A stretch of DNA of 64,000 bases, taken from assembly GCA_002633005.1 (NCBI GenBank), contig NMRA01000051.1, positions 124,001 through 188,000 on the forward strand. Direction: 5' to 3'. The notes below the pieces were generated by a model. That model was not told the DNA's origin and searched no databases. It was given only the letters and a program-made list of their open reading frames with translations. The DNA comes from Phoronis australis (taxonomy: Eukaryota > Animalia > Phoronida). A program made the position numbers and the translations under genes. Shown piece by piece: positions 1 to 13,039 of the stretch (position 1 is the stretch's first letter; each line of letters opens with the position of its first letter).

Positions 1-245
1 TGGTAGATAAACTGGTTAATGTAAAAAACAGCAATAGTCAAATCTGTCTGATTACCGACTCAAACATGCCATCCACAATAGCAACATGGCTGTAAAATTC
101 CACAAACATCAACAAGGTTTTGAAGAAAACAGTATGCAGCGGACACTGCACAGATGGAAATGATGGTACAATGTGCCGACATACGTATGTCCGAGTGCAC
201 CAAGGCACACTGCACTGTGCAACCTGGCTGTTGGTGACTGCTTAC

Positions 246-3200
246 CATCTCTGACTGACTGGTGGGGTTGGGAATTTTGGAGAGGTCCTTCAGGTATTTG
301 TTGGTGTCTTTGGCCAACTGATTTGTATAGTGCTGGACTTCATGTCTACAATAGTAAAGTACCTGGATGTACAGTATATTCTATCAGTGACTACATAGTG
401 TACTCGTCCATGTTAGTGCACATGGCGCTTCCATTGGGGAACTGAAAAATCAGAAGGTAGGTCTTGAGCCAAGCAAGGCTGTTTAAAAACAAAATTTTGT
501 GATGTTCGGGTGATTTTTCGGTCGATTCGGGTAAATGGGTTAGCAAAACATAGTAGAAGTTCACGCTCAAACTCTTACTCTCTGACTGTTACTCAAAGGT
601 AAGCCAGTAACGTATGTTTTGGGAAGTAAAATTTATATGAAATGGGCATTCACAAAGACACAGTCACTTTCAAGGAAGTCTACGTCATATAAATTGGGGG
701 TGGGTGTTAATCAGAGGTGTTTAAAAGTGAAAATTTACAAAGTTAGCAAATGGGCGTTAAGTCGAAAATGGGCAACTACTGGAAATAAATGTAGTGATCC
801 TTTAAATCACAGTCTACACATTTTTAAACTGAACAACTACTTGAACAAAAACCTATAGTTACAAAGCTCAGGAACATATTTATTGAGATGCAGTTCACAC
901 TAACTGAATAGAGATTTGCGATCTGACTCAAGAGTCCAACAAGACTGAGAAGAAGCATGATCCTAATATTAACAATCTCACATTTGGAAGGCCTTAAAGG
1001 AACAATCTGCGTGACACATGGAACATTGCTGCCAGCAGCAAAGCAACTGAAGAACACATGAAAACAGTCATTGTGTATATTAAAGGCGAAGGCAACCTTT
1101 CTTCACGTCATTCTTAGCACGCAGCAACAGCGTGGCATGTTGACTGACTTGTAAACAAAAGCAAACGACGACCGAACTTATCACAACCGAGGTAGAAAAA
1201 TGACCGACTCCACAGCTCTCACAGTGAGACTATAACAAAAAGAAATTGGCACGAAACTCTTGCCTCCCAAAACGTCACTTCTGGAGTAGAGGACGATAAA
1301 TTAATCAAATTACGAAAAGCTGTAATTAAGTGAAAAATGTGTCTGGGACAATCAACGAACCTAATTTTTGCTAAAAGTGACATGAAAAAAGGTTGCCTTC
1401 ACCTTTAACACTTTCACTGTGGGGCATATGTCCCTGATAGCTCACGTGTTATACAAATACATGCACTTACAACTGATCACGAAGCCTCTCTGAATCTTGC
1501 GGCGTACCAACACTGGCGACCAACTGGTTGATTTTGTTGACTGAAAATTCAAATTGATAGACTATGATCCAGACCCTAAGCATAACAGTGTAACAAACTA
1601 CTGCAAAAATGTGAGAATCAGTTACTGACAGTGTCATTATGACACGACAACTACAAGAGGCCCTGTCACACCAAGATAGTTCTTGGTATGATCTCAAGAA
1701 CAGGACAAAACAATGGGAACTAACTTAGCCTTGTACAGCCTGAAAAAAAGCCCCACAGGCACTGTTGCATTTGAGGCATGTTTTGTGCTCTAAGGACACT
1801 ATTCTAACACTGGTGGTGCAGGATTAAATCCAAGGTCAGAAGGAAAACGTTTGAACACAAACATGAATGTATTGACCAGAGCATAAAAGCACAAAAGCAA
1901 AACATTAATCGTTTATTAAAAAGAATGCAAAATTATTGCATCTGTGACAAAATTCTACAACATAACACTATAAAATATGAATTCAATTGTAAACGACCAA
2001 TACCGTGAAAAACATATTGTGAATCATGCCTGTTTTTCATTATCTTTGAAAATACAGCCGCTATTTAAGAACTGCTACCAAAAACTTGCTATTGATGAAC
2101 GACAAGAAAACGCGAGCAGACGAGGAACAAAAAGTATGATATTTAGCATTCTTACCATTTTGTGAAATCTTCTGAATATTGTTTCCTACTGACTGAGAAA
2201 GTCTGGTGAAGTTGTTAGAGCCGGAGTCTTGACCTGCAGATTAAACAGTTTGTAGGGTGTGAAAATTAAATCATAGGGAATCTACAAAGACGAAGATAGT
2301 TAAACACGAAGACTTAACAACTTTTGAAAGAAACGACAAGCAGATGATGAAAGTTTTGCCACATGTAGTCAAAAGAAACGTGCCACCGCAAGTCAAGCGT
2401 TATAATGTATATTGAATAGGCAAGAGTACCAAAGTGGACTGCCAGCTTCAAAGTTCAAACTGCCTACTACATATGGCCTGTCACAAATGAAGAAACATGA
2501 TCTAATATCAAACATGTACTTCACAATCTAAATGCTATTTGAAGAAAAACCAGGACGGCACGTTTTAGTAGAAGCTTCCATAATTATCAATTGAATTCCT
2601 ACGAGATGTTGCTATGCAACAATCAAAAGTCAAGTAATTTCGAATAAACCATGGCAATGGTGGAAGCATCTAATAATCTATAATGCTTTGAAAACTGCTG
2701 CTTGAGTTGATATACTATATTTGCAATATAACAGTGGCAAGTGCATAAGGAAGAATAATCAGCAGCGGCAACAGCACAGAAGGGTAGGAGAATAAAGATG
2801 ACCAGGATAATTATTGTAACAGTCCTGTTTCACTAATATGTCATAACATTACAACATTAATGAGTATTAACTGAGACTTATGGCCAGTTTAAAGTTTTGG
2901 CGTGAGTTTCCACGCCGCAAAGTCACATTTTCACGACATTTCAGTTAAACGGGTCTCTGGCTGTAATTATCGCAAAAAGGCCATTTTTCACAGGTTATAA
3001 TTTCCTACCACACAACAATAAGTATGAAATATATTGACATATATGCCAGTAATTGGGTCTAAGTACCTATATCTGAAATATTTCTTAAAAGAATACATCT
3101 TTGACAATTCTTAACTTATTTCTCAGACAAATAATTTTTTTTTACATTTTCGAAATCTGCAAATAATGTAAAATTTACCAAATGTTATTCAATAATACCT

Positions 3201-3378
3201 ACGAAGTAAGCTCTCATGGCTTGAATACTGCGACAAAACTGTGGTGAGAAAAGAATGAGGAACAGAGGGAAAGGTAAAAGCAAGCACTACCTGCCCTATT
3301 ATAGGAGGCAAACCCACCTCCTTGATAAGAGTTGGTGTTTCCGACCCCGCCAAACTCTCCGTGGCCATATGATGTCAT
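246..3378 (-). CDS. Syntaxin-7/12-like endosomal Qa-SNARE, 5' coding exons (gene continues beyond window start)
   Basis: Exons 3378-3291, 2233-2156, 1540-1471 and 345-246 join with GT-AG sites and matching phases (1,1,2,0). They give MTSYGHGEFGG...NNFTRLSQSVGNNIQKISQNVNKINQLVASVGTPQDSERLRDQLHEVQHYTNQLAKDTNKYLKDLSKIP, which resembles the STX7/STX12 Habc region (NIQKI..., LGTPQDS.ELR..L, YTNQLAKET..Y). Confidence 0.93.
1084..1404. mobile_element. TTAA-specific MITE (Kolobok-like termini)
   Basis: ttaa|AGGCGAAGGCAACCTTT...AAAGGTTGCCTTCACCT|ttaa: TIRs with TTAA on both sides. Confidence 0.8.
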
Positions 3379-3718
3379 GATGGGCTAGACAGCAACTGGT
3401 AGTCTGTAATGTAAGCAATTTCAAATGAAAACAACTTCTCAGCATTTTCTTTCCATAGCTTCATCACTATTCACTGAATGCTTGAAAGACAATGACCATG
3501 TTTCAGCCCAAACTGATGCCTGTGCCAAACTGAAGCTACCGAAAGTTCCAGAATTGATGCCATGGTTTTTGGGTTTCTTAACGGTTATCAGAACCCAAAT
3601 AGACGTCAACGAACGCTAGGTAGTGTGCAATAGTTTCTCAGGACACTTTCCCAGTGTGCATTAAATTGGAGGTTGTAGTCATGTTGTCTTTTATTTTTCA
3701 TTCTTTACGACTTTACCC

Positions 3719-4677
3719 TAGACAGTGACCACTGTCTCTAGCTGGCTGAGTAGAGATGGTGTCAAGCTCCTATGGTAACTTCACACACCGGAAGCTTTTT
3801 GGTGAATTATGCCTCACACTGATTAAAAAATCAAAGTCGCATTGTTATAATTACCTTGCATGCATAGAGGATCACCTTAGGAGGCCGTCGATGTCTTCAA
3901 TTCCTTCCAACTCGAACAAATATTTCCGTTATCAAACTTTTTCTTCCAGCAGTCTTTTGTTCAGTTCCCATAATCGGAAACTGTCCATTTTTCACACCAG
4001 GGGTTGATTTTGAGTAAGAGGCGGGGGGGGGGGGGGGNAGAATCAGGGCTGAGTATTAGCCAGAATTTTACCCATCAGACATTCGCACCCCCGAACTTTC
4101 AAATGGAATGTAGGAGAATTTTAGGGGGGCATGGCCGCTCTAAATCCGCCACTGAACACTTCAAGTGGAAGGTGGGTATGACATCATATCCCCTGGCGTG
4201 CACAGTGTGAAAGAGGCCAGTCACCGATATTGGAAACTGAACGAGGGACTGCTCGAAACAAAGTTTGATAAAGGGAGTGTTTAATTCTTTGAGTTCGAAG
4301 GAACTGAAGACATGGACGGCATCCAAAGGCTAAGGGCCTAAGGCTAAGGTGTCCCTCTATACGCAAAATGTACAACCACAGGCATCCTCAGCTTCTGATC
4401 GTCCCCAATACACTAGATATAATACTACAAGGTATGACACTGCGGACTAGAAATTCCACGGATGCTTCACAGCAAACATAAAACTCAATAAATTTACATA
4501 AAACAGAGGTTCAACAAACCGGCGATCGGAAGCTGAGGACGCCTGTGTTTACAACAACGTGACTTTGATGTTTTAGTCGGTGTGAGGCATAATTCGCCGA
4601 AAAGCTGCCAGCGTATGAGGCTCTTATAGGAACTAAACCGTCTCTACTGAGCCAGCTAGAGACGGTGGTCACGTCTA
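3719..4677. mobile_element. Non-autonomous TIR element with TAG..CTA termini and ~130-bp inverted arms
   Basis: 3719-3850 is the reverse complement of 4548-4677. Related fragments occur at ~57790-58400 and ~63760. No clean TSD. Confidence 0.65.
3998..4154. mobile_element. G-tract MITE with CA..TG termini and ~5-bp TSD
   Basis: cacac|CAGGGG...AATCCGCCACTG|aacac; nested inside 3719-4677. Confidence 0.55.
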
Positions 4678-4822
4678 CAGACACACAGTAGCCTGCTAAA
4701 ACCAATCAGACAATTGCCCATTGGTATTAAAAATAGGATGAAAATCCTTCTAACAACATCAAATCGTTCCACATTTTTTCACAATCTTCACTATCAGAAT
4801 CATCCATAAACCGTAAACTAAC

Positions 4823-4960
4823 CCTGATCTCTGAGAAGCGTAGACACAGTTCCAAGCAAAAACTCCAGTGTAATTAAACATTAAACAACAAACTACTGGG
4901 ACCGACGTTCACTCCTCTTTTTTCGCCATCTTTATTTTCAGAAAAGTGACGTCACATGTT
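4823..4960 (-). promoter_or_regulatory. Probable non-coding first exon and promoter of the syntaxin gene
   Basis: The coding exon has an acceptor 6 nt upstream of its ATG (AG at 3386-3385), so an upstream exon is needed. Candidate donor CAGG|GTTAGT at 4822, AAGATGGCG (YY1-like) at ~4932-4924, and TGACGTCA (CRE) overlapping GTCACATG at 4947-4958. Confidence 0.45.
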
Positions 4961-7900
4961 ATGAATCACATCGCCAGTAGATGTCGCCAGTACCGAAACG
5001 AAGTGCATTATATCTGAATCAATGACACAGCAGCCGCTTTGGATCAGTGAATTAGTGTTGTACTAGAATAGTTTCTTCCACAAAGTATATGTTAATAAAC
5101 TAAAATAAAATCTAAGATTGTGTTTCCGTTATCGTGTTGTAGTTCACACGGCAATGCTTTCTGTTTGTTTGATTCACGATACTCGTGACTGAAGTTGAAC
5201 GGTTGTGAACACTGAAGCCGCCGCGTGGGAGGGGGGAGGCTAAAATTATCCTCCCAGATTCCATTTGGCAGTTCGAGGTGAGAATTTCTGTGTAACATAT
5301 GCCCGCACCCAAGGGGGGGGGGCGACTCCTCGGGGAGTGAATGCACAATGCACAGACCTTGAACAAACCCTGTTGGTTTAGGTCCCGGACAACTTAAACC
5401 CGGCAAAAATTCATGAGAGACCCCCTACATCCCTACATTTTAGGCTGGGCGCGCGCATGAGGCGAAATTCCGTCTATTTACGAGTCAAAAAAAACGCCTC
5501 AAATACTTGTGGATACATGACTGCCTGGTAGCTACGCATCACATCGCCCATCTTCATCAGTACAGGTCGTTGTACTGACCAAGGCCACAGTCCGGCTGTT
5601 GACCCAGGCATATAATTTAATCGCTTATCTCTCAACTGTAACAGACTTTTGAATCTAAGATGTTATTATATTAAAGACATTTTCAAGTACAGTTTGATAG
5701 ATTCTACTAATATAAGCCAATTTATTTAATCCCGGTTCTATAGTGTGATTAAAAAACGGACGATCGCCGCACAAATAAAAAAGTGGGATTGTTTATCATT
5801 CCATCCAAGGCGAAGGACAAACTGCATAGAGCCTTGGTATATCCAAATTTAAATCACTTATTTTTCAAAAAAAAAAAAAACACACACAAGAAGTTCTGAG
5901 CTGAAAAGAAGCGATCTTCGTTATGGTGTACTTATGCCAAATTTTCATCTTCGCTTCCAAACAGTTTTATTGTCTCAGAAGTTTTCGACAGCCCAGTGAT
6001 CACCGGCGATATTGCCTTAACCACGAGTCTATGCGAGAGTGTCGCTGTAGTCAGGTCTAATTGCTACCCGTACCTCCTGTTTCTGTTCATGTAGTGCCAT
6101 AGCTAGATGCCTTATTTTTTGCCTCCAATCTGTTTTCCAACTCTGGGTAAGCAATATTTATTGAAAATAAAAGTAAGAGATACACCATCTTAGCAAAACA
6201 GCTTATTTTCCAAACAAGGTCCTCAAAAAACCCCCCTAATCCTTTTGATCTATCAGCAATATTTTTTTCAGTCTGATGAATTGCATAGTTGTAATGCTGT
6301 TGTATTTAACATGTTCCACGAATGGAATACGACTTTCTTAAAGCAGCATTCGTTCTGCTTAGCTTGGTTAAAATCTAAAATAGAATTGGTTACATAACAT
6401 TCCTTACCGCGATAGGATTATACTTCGAAATCATAGCTAAAGCTTAATTTTGACCCGTTTAATTGACTGAAAACAAAAATCGAATTATGTATTTTACTCT
6501 TACAAGTTCAGTCTCTTGATGCTCCTTGACGTGACAGGACTCCATTGCCTTACCAACAAGAACATTGAAACCACCAGCGACTCAAGAAAACGCGTCGGAG
6601 TTAATTGAGGCTGGCCAACCCTAAAATTGCGATTTCGAAAATGGCGCATATATGCCGGCATTGCATGACATATCAGCTGGAAACGGAAAAAACATATCAG
6701 TGTAAAGAATGTTATGAGACCAACCTCAGGAAAATAAATTCTCGATTTACTTTTCGTGTTTGAATTAGCTATAAAAGGCGACAGGCATCTTTAATTCTAC
6801 AGCGGGTATCAGCGAATTTTAATTCGCTGATACCTCTAATAAAATCCCAATAAGACAAAAGAATTTTGGTATTTTATTGCCCCGTTGAAAACTAATAACG
6901 TCAAGAATTATATCCCAACCAAAACTAAGCGCAAAAATACTTTTATCCCTTAATCTGGTTTTCCAATTTCTGTTATCCAACAAGTCAGCTGTTTATCTGT
7001 CCATGGTAGATATGAGTAATTTCTCAGTAGGACATGACACCAGAATTAAGCACACTGAAAATTACTTAACTATTGAGATAAGGACCAATATTTATTGCCG
7101 AAACACTTCCGAGACAAACAAATTGTATAAGCTATGGTATCGAACAAATGTCAAGTACAACAAGTTTTATTTGTCTAAGAGATACAAATTTATGATAAAA
7201 ACAAACTATACAGCGTAGTGCAAAATCATTCTTGGTTGGTGTCTATTAGAAGAGAAAAATATTTAAAAATCAAGAATACCTTCAAATGGAACCGTTTTGA
7301 ATCTTGTATGATGTGTTTTGCTCTCCATGATCTGAACAACAATACGATCACATGCTAATACAAAAACAGAAAAGAACAAAACGGTGAAAATGTATACACA
7401 GATGAAAACAGTACAGCCTTATTTAGCTAAAAAGTGACGAAGATAAGAAGAAAAAAGACCTCTCACGCGTGATTCGCGACGCAAGTAAACGCAGGTCTTT
7501 CATTGGAAAACACTGTAAACATAACAAGTGTTAACGACCAAGCACCGGCGTTCGACGTTATTTTCCAGTCGCAAACCGAGAAGTCAATTCAAATATCTAG
7601 TTTAATGCGACCCGTCTTCTTTAATTTAGACCAGCTGCCGTTGAAATAAATCTCAGTTTGTTCCTTAGTAGAAACGGATGTGATTTCTGGAGTTGAACAG
7701 AACTGGTAGTTAGTTATCGCTCTACAATTTAAGTTGAATAGCCATTTTTAATCGTCAAGCAAACAATAACGAATTGTCAGTTGTTTGCAAGACAAAAAAT
7801 TAAAACACTTCCTACATGAGTAAGGAAAAAGTTGAGACTAATTTTGTATTGACAAATGGTCTAATTCAAAAGTCACGCCCTTCTACTTAAGGTAATATAT

Positions 7901-8101
7901 ACTACGTTGGACGTTTGAATTGATTTGTCAGTCAATTCGAAGACCGTGGGGCGTGCTTACCGGTTCCGTGTCAAAACAAACCCGCAATATTTATACACTG
8001 ACGACATAAATTCCTGATCAAGCGTTATTTTCACTATATAGTTAATGTTCAGAGCATTATGCAAAGATCGGTTTTAGGTCAGTCTTCGTGGCTCTCTATA
8101 G

Positions 8102-8342
8102 CATGCGCGCACCCCGGGGGGGGGGGGGGTCGGGGTCCCCTCATTTGGCGAAGCGGGCACAAAGGTCCGCCATATAGAAATAAAAAGTCCAAAAAATGAG
8201 ACAAAAGTCCACTAAAGAGGCGCAGATGCACAGTTCACAGTATTCAAGGTGGTACCCCGTTTTTTTAGTCCTCCCCGATCAGCAAAAGGTCCACACCGTC
8301 AAAAATTCGAGCCCCCCATATTAAAGGCTGGGTGCGCGCATG
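8102..8342. mobile_element. MITE with 5-bp TSD (hAT5-like)
   Basis: tatag|CATGCGCGCACCC...GGGTGCGCGCATG|tatag: perfect 13-bp TIR and 5-bp TSD. Confidence 0.85.
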
Positions 8343-9201
8343 TATAGGGCAGAGTTAGGGGGTCGAAAAGGAGAATCTTCGAGATTTTAAGAAGTAGCTG
8401 TGCTTATTGCGTGCTGTTTTTTTGGAAATCAGTTTCGACGAAGTATAATCGCCTTCATATTCTGAGTTTCTGGTTGGATTTCCATGACTTATTCTTTGCA
8501 GTTATGCAAACCCCTGGGGAAGTAGGTGGCAAAATATTCATACTTTCATCAATGCATCTACCGATTGGAGAATCTAGTAAAGCCTATTATATAAGCCAGC
8601 CGCACACTAGGTAGCGGTGTGCTGTTGGCTTATAAAGAACGATTACCGGGTATTTGTAACACACACTACTACATTCTTCATTAAATATTCGACAAGTAAA
8701 AGTTGCGAGACCCGGGTTTGGCGAATAAAAAATTAAAATTAATTTTGACGCGGATACAACAAAACCGCGTGTCCTTGCATTCTCTAATAACTTTCACAGA
8801 AAATTTTAATCGGTGTCTCCAGAAAAGTCGAAAACATTGGTAATCAAATGCCGATGACCTCAACGTGTTTGTGAGAAAATTTCAATAGGCTGTGAAAACT
8901 TAGTTTTAATTCTAATCAAAACTGGTAAAACCAAGGATTTAGAAACTTTAAATAGCAGAATAAGTTGTTTAAAGTTATTTGCTAAAACTTATGATTACTG
9001 ATCTTCGGGACACCCTTTGCGTAAAAGTTAAGGCGATAAGACACGAGGTAAAAACATACAAAGTTCGATTTTGCGAGGCTTTATAAAGTATCAATCGGTC
9101 ACGTAGCCTTCAGTAAAATGACCTTTTTATGTTAGAGGATCCGTGAATGCAGAGGTTGTCTCCGTGTGAATAGACACAAAACACGTCGAAATACAGCAAA
9201 T

Positions 9202-11500
9202 ATGGTTGTGTTCCGTTTCAGGTCGGAAATAGTGGTAATGATGTTGTTTCTTCAAATCGCACGGCCCCAAGAGGAAGGATTTGATCTGCTGTGGCTGTCG
9301 AACAATCAGGAGGTAAAAAATAAAACTTTAAGAACGGACGGTCGCGTCCCCTACTGGATAAAAGGAAGTTTGGTAAGTTACCCAACTAACCGAGTATCTG
9401 CTCGCTTACTTTATATCCTATTATATCAACTTTGAATTTAATCATTGTCACTTTATTGCGGAAAAACAAGTTAGTCAAACTTTTGATTAAGATACTTTAC
9501 CGTTGTGAAATTGGTCTGCAAATCGTACTCAAGTCAAATTATGGATGACCTCTGGCTTTGGAAAGAACTGACAATTCGTTATTGCTTGTGACCAACCTTC
9601 CCAAAATAATCACAGTGTACAGGGTCTCAAGAAATAAATGATCTGCCAGTTCTTTCAAAATTCAGAAATCAGTTGATAGGGGCGCCGAAAGACATTCGCA
9701 TAGCGGATACAATAGCCCGGACAATACTTGAAACCGTAACTGAAGTAGTTCACGACTGCGGAGTTTCGAGGTCTTACGATGCGCTTTTAGTAACACTGTG
9801 AGATTTTTCTTGTATGTAATTCACCTAAAAGTGGAAGAATTTTGAACTTTTATTTATTGTCCAAAATTTTATCACTGGGAAAACCACCACCGGAGAAACT
9901 TCAGTAACGTAAGACGTGTCTCCCATCTTATTCCTTATGTATAACACAAACAGTTCTTTGTTACCTGTTTCAGGTGAGAAACGGTCCTGGAAGATTTGAA
10001 ATGGGTCCTCACAGCATGAACCACTACTTCGACGGTTTTGCAAAGTTGGCAAAATTTGAATTCGACAGAGGATCTGTAAGATTTTCGACAAAATTTATCA
10101 TGTCTGATTTTTACAAAGACTCGCTGAAAGAAAACGACATAGCGGCTTATTTAACACTCGGACACATTCGACCAGATATCAACTTTCTTAGAAAGCTAGC
10201 AGGGTTTCTTCGTGGCGTCCACAATATGGGTGTCAACGTGAAGCGACTCACAGTGGGCGAATCCACCAAATACTATGCCTTGAATGATATTTGGAGAATG
10301 TATGAATTCAATCCAAAAAATTTGAACACTGTTGGATGTATTGAGCCGCCAACACATGTTAAACAACAATCACATGGGCACCTAACAAAGAGAATACAAG
10401 GTCTTCACTCGATTCCACTCAACATAACATCTCGGAAAACGATGGACTTGAATAAAAAGAACTACTCATTTAGAAAAAACACCAGATCAATGCCAATAGA
10501 ACGTGCAGGCGATGTTGGCGAATTTTCCATGGATCCACGATTGTCGTCTGCTCACCCACAGAAAGAACATGGTCGCAATAACTGGATTACGTTTTACACA
10601 CATTGGAGCCCTATTGGCGAAACACACGTCTATGTATATCGTATTCCATCTTTGGAAAAGCCAGAACTGATAACTGTACTAGAACTTGATAAAATACGAT
10701 ATATGCATTCATTTGGGATGACAAAAAACCATGTAGTGTTCACTATTAACTCTTGCTACGTGGACATGGCCGAAGCCGTTACTTCTGTTCCTTTCGATGG
10801 CATAACATGTGACCACGAAAACCATTCGTCTGTGTTCGTTGTCGACTTAAGAAACAACCAGGTCACGAAATTGCAGACGAAGCCGTTGTTCGTTATGCAC
10901 CACATCAACGCTTACGAAGCAGACGACAACACTATCATCTGCGACATGACAGACCATCACAATTTTAGCCTGGTCAAAAACTTGACGAGAGACATTTTAC
11001 TAGACAAACAACGAAGAAACAGCGAACTTCACCCCATCAGCAGATATGTTAGGTTGATTATTCACCTAGACACAAATGACATCGAATTTAAGCATTTCGA
11101 TGCAAAGCCTGAATATCAGTTCGTGGCGACATCTGAATTTCCTGTTATTAATTCAGCGAAGCGTTATACTAAACACTGCTTCATATACGGTGTAACATTT
11201 ACTTCTGATGCCAGAACATTTGCGAACATCAGTCTCACAAAAAAAGATGTCTGTGCCGGAGGCGATAGCGATGGATTTTGGCAAGTTGAAAACCATTATC
11301 CCAGCGAACCAAGGTTCTTGGCTTCTCCAGGGGCAACAGAAGAAGATGACGGAGTTCTCCTGTCCGTTGTTCTAGATGGAAGGAAACGGAAGTCTTACCT
11401 GGCTATTATCAACGCAAAAACAATGAAACTTCTTTCTGTGACATATTCGCCTGTTACAATACCATTTGGCATTCACGGGAAATTCTTTGAAGAATTGTAG
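9202..11500 (+). CDS. Carotenoid cleavage oxygenase (RPE65/BCO superfamily, BCO-like), paralog 1, 565 aa, 2 exons
   Basis: Exon 1 is 9202-9372 (ends TTG|GTAAGT) and exon 2 is 9974-11500 (TTTCAG|GTG). The join restores the family motif GRVPYWIKGSL|VRNGPG. NHYFDG motif and four Fe-ligand His motifs are present: SAHP, YMHSFG, MHHINAYE, GIHGKF; also EFPVIN, YPSEP and EEDDGVLLS. Confidence 0.93.
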
Positions 11501-12157
11501 ACTCGTACGTCCGACCAATCGAATGTATTGAACATTCTTGCTTTAAGAATGGAGTTTACAGCAGTCATACATACACGAAGCTTACCAGTAAAATCGCGGT
11601 TGATGTTTGTCAGGCTGCTAGAACTTCACCTGCAAAATGACTTAGAATGAGTCTCAACCTACTCAAATGACAAGTTCAAATTGATATAGACCTAGACAAC
11701 AATGAATATTCAAATTCTTTTTTAGAAGTCATTAAGTTGATATTCGACCTGGATTGGAATCGTACAGGTTTCTGATTAGCGGCCATAAGTGGTGTTTATT
11801 TCTTTATAAGGTCAGCGGACTTCGTGCAAACTCGTTGTCGAGCTCTCTAAATCTGCTTTCGTCTGGTAGTCAAGCTGGGCACGAACCATTCTATCATTCT
11901 AGCAAATATATCTAAACACAAAAGATTCGCGGTACACAATAATAGTGAAGCATTGTTGTTAGTAAAATTCTACGAAACATCGGTGGCGGCAAATTACCTG
12001 AGATTATTTCGATGTGTGGCTGACATCTTCATCGGTGGTGTTGCTTTTATACTGAACGATGACGGAGATCACCCTCTCCATGAAACTGAAATGCAGTTTC
12101 AGATAAAGTAAAATATATTTGTTTCTCTCCATGGCGGTAGGCGTCTGCTTGATCTTT

Positions 12158-12581
12158 CGGTGGCCCGAAAGAATCACTGCTATTTTAGTTAAATTACTTT
12201 TTTATTTTTTCTGTTTCTAAAGTGGCCCGAACGTATCACGGGTATTTTAGTTAAATTATTTTTCCTTTTCCACCCAGGTGGAAATAATTTACACTTGGGC
12301 GAGGATGAATTTGCCAAGGTGAAAATGTTTCCACCCGAGTGTAAACAATTTCAACACCGGTGGAAATAATTTACACCTAGGTTGAAATTATTTCCATCCA
12401 GGTTGAAATTATGTACACCCAGATTGAAATAATCACTATCTGGCAAGTTATTTACGCCGGGTGAAAATTGACCCCATCTGGGTAGAAATTAATTCCACTC
12501 GGGTGGAAAATATTTCCACCTAGGTGAAAAAGGAAGAATAAAAAAGTAATTTAACTAAGTGATGATGCTTTAGGGCCACCG
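12158..12581. mobile_element. Foldback MITE with internal ~21-bp repeats
   Basis: CGGTGGCCCGAAAG..TTAGTTAAATTACTTTTT pairs with AAAAAGTAATTTAACTAAG..TTAGGGCCACCG|ta. Interior is degenerate CCACCCAGGTGGAAATAATTT units; the left end is partly duplicated at ~12221. Confidence 0.75.
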
Positions 12582-13039
12582 TATGATCCAGACTGATTCC
12601 CTAACCTTTCTCGTGCAATTCACTGCTTCAATATCAATCAGCCAGGTACACGTTTAGCTACATAATTACAGGAGTTCCTCTAGACCGGGTAGTTTAGGTA
12701 CCTTGAGTCCTATGTACTGACTAATCAGACAATGACATGATTATCACCCGCCAAAGACGAAGGGAAGATAGTAATGGTAAGCAGCATTCTATGTGCACGC
12801 CGTTCCGTCAGTTCATGCAGAGAAATGTCGACCAAACTTCAGAAAACAAATCCTGTATAAATTCTGCTTGTCTCAGATGATTTTGTTTTGGAAAAAAGGG
12901 CATCAAAAAACAGAGACCGGAACTAGCTCGCGCTTATTTCAAGAACCGGTTGACAGGTTTTTATGAAAATTGACAGTGATTTATGGTGGGGGTGCACCGT
13001 ACCAGGTGAGTCAAAATAAAGCCATTCTGAAATCTTATT

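Noticed and set aside
9974-11500. Bacterial contaminant or intronless horizontally acquired gene starting at GTG
   Set aside because: The GTG follows a splice acceptor, and an upstream exon completes the conserved N-terminal motif in both paralogs.
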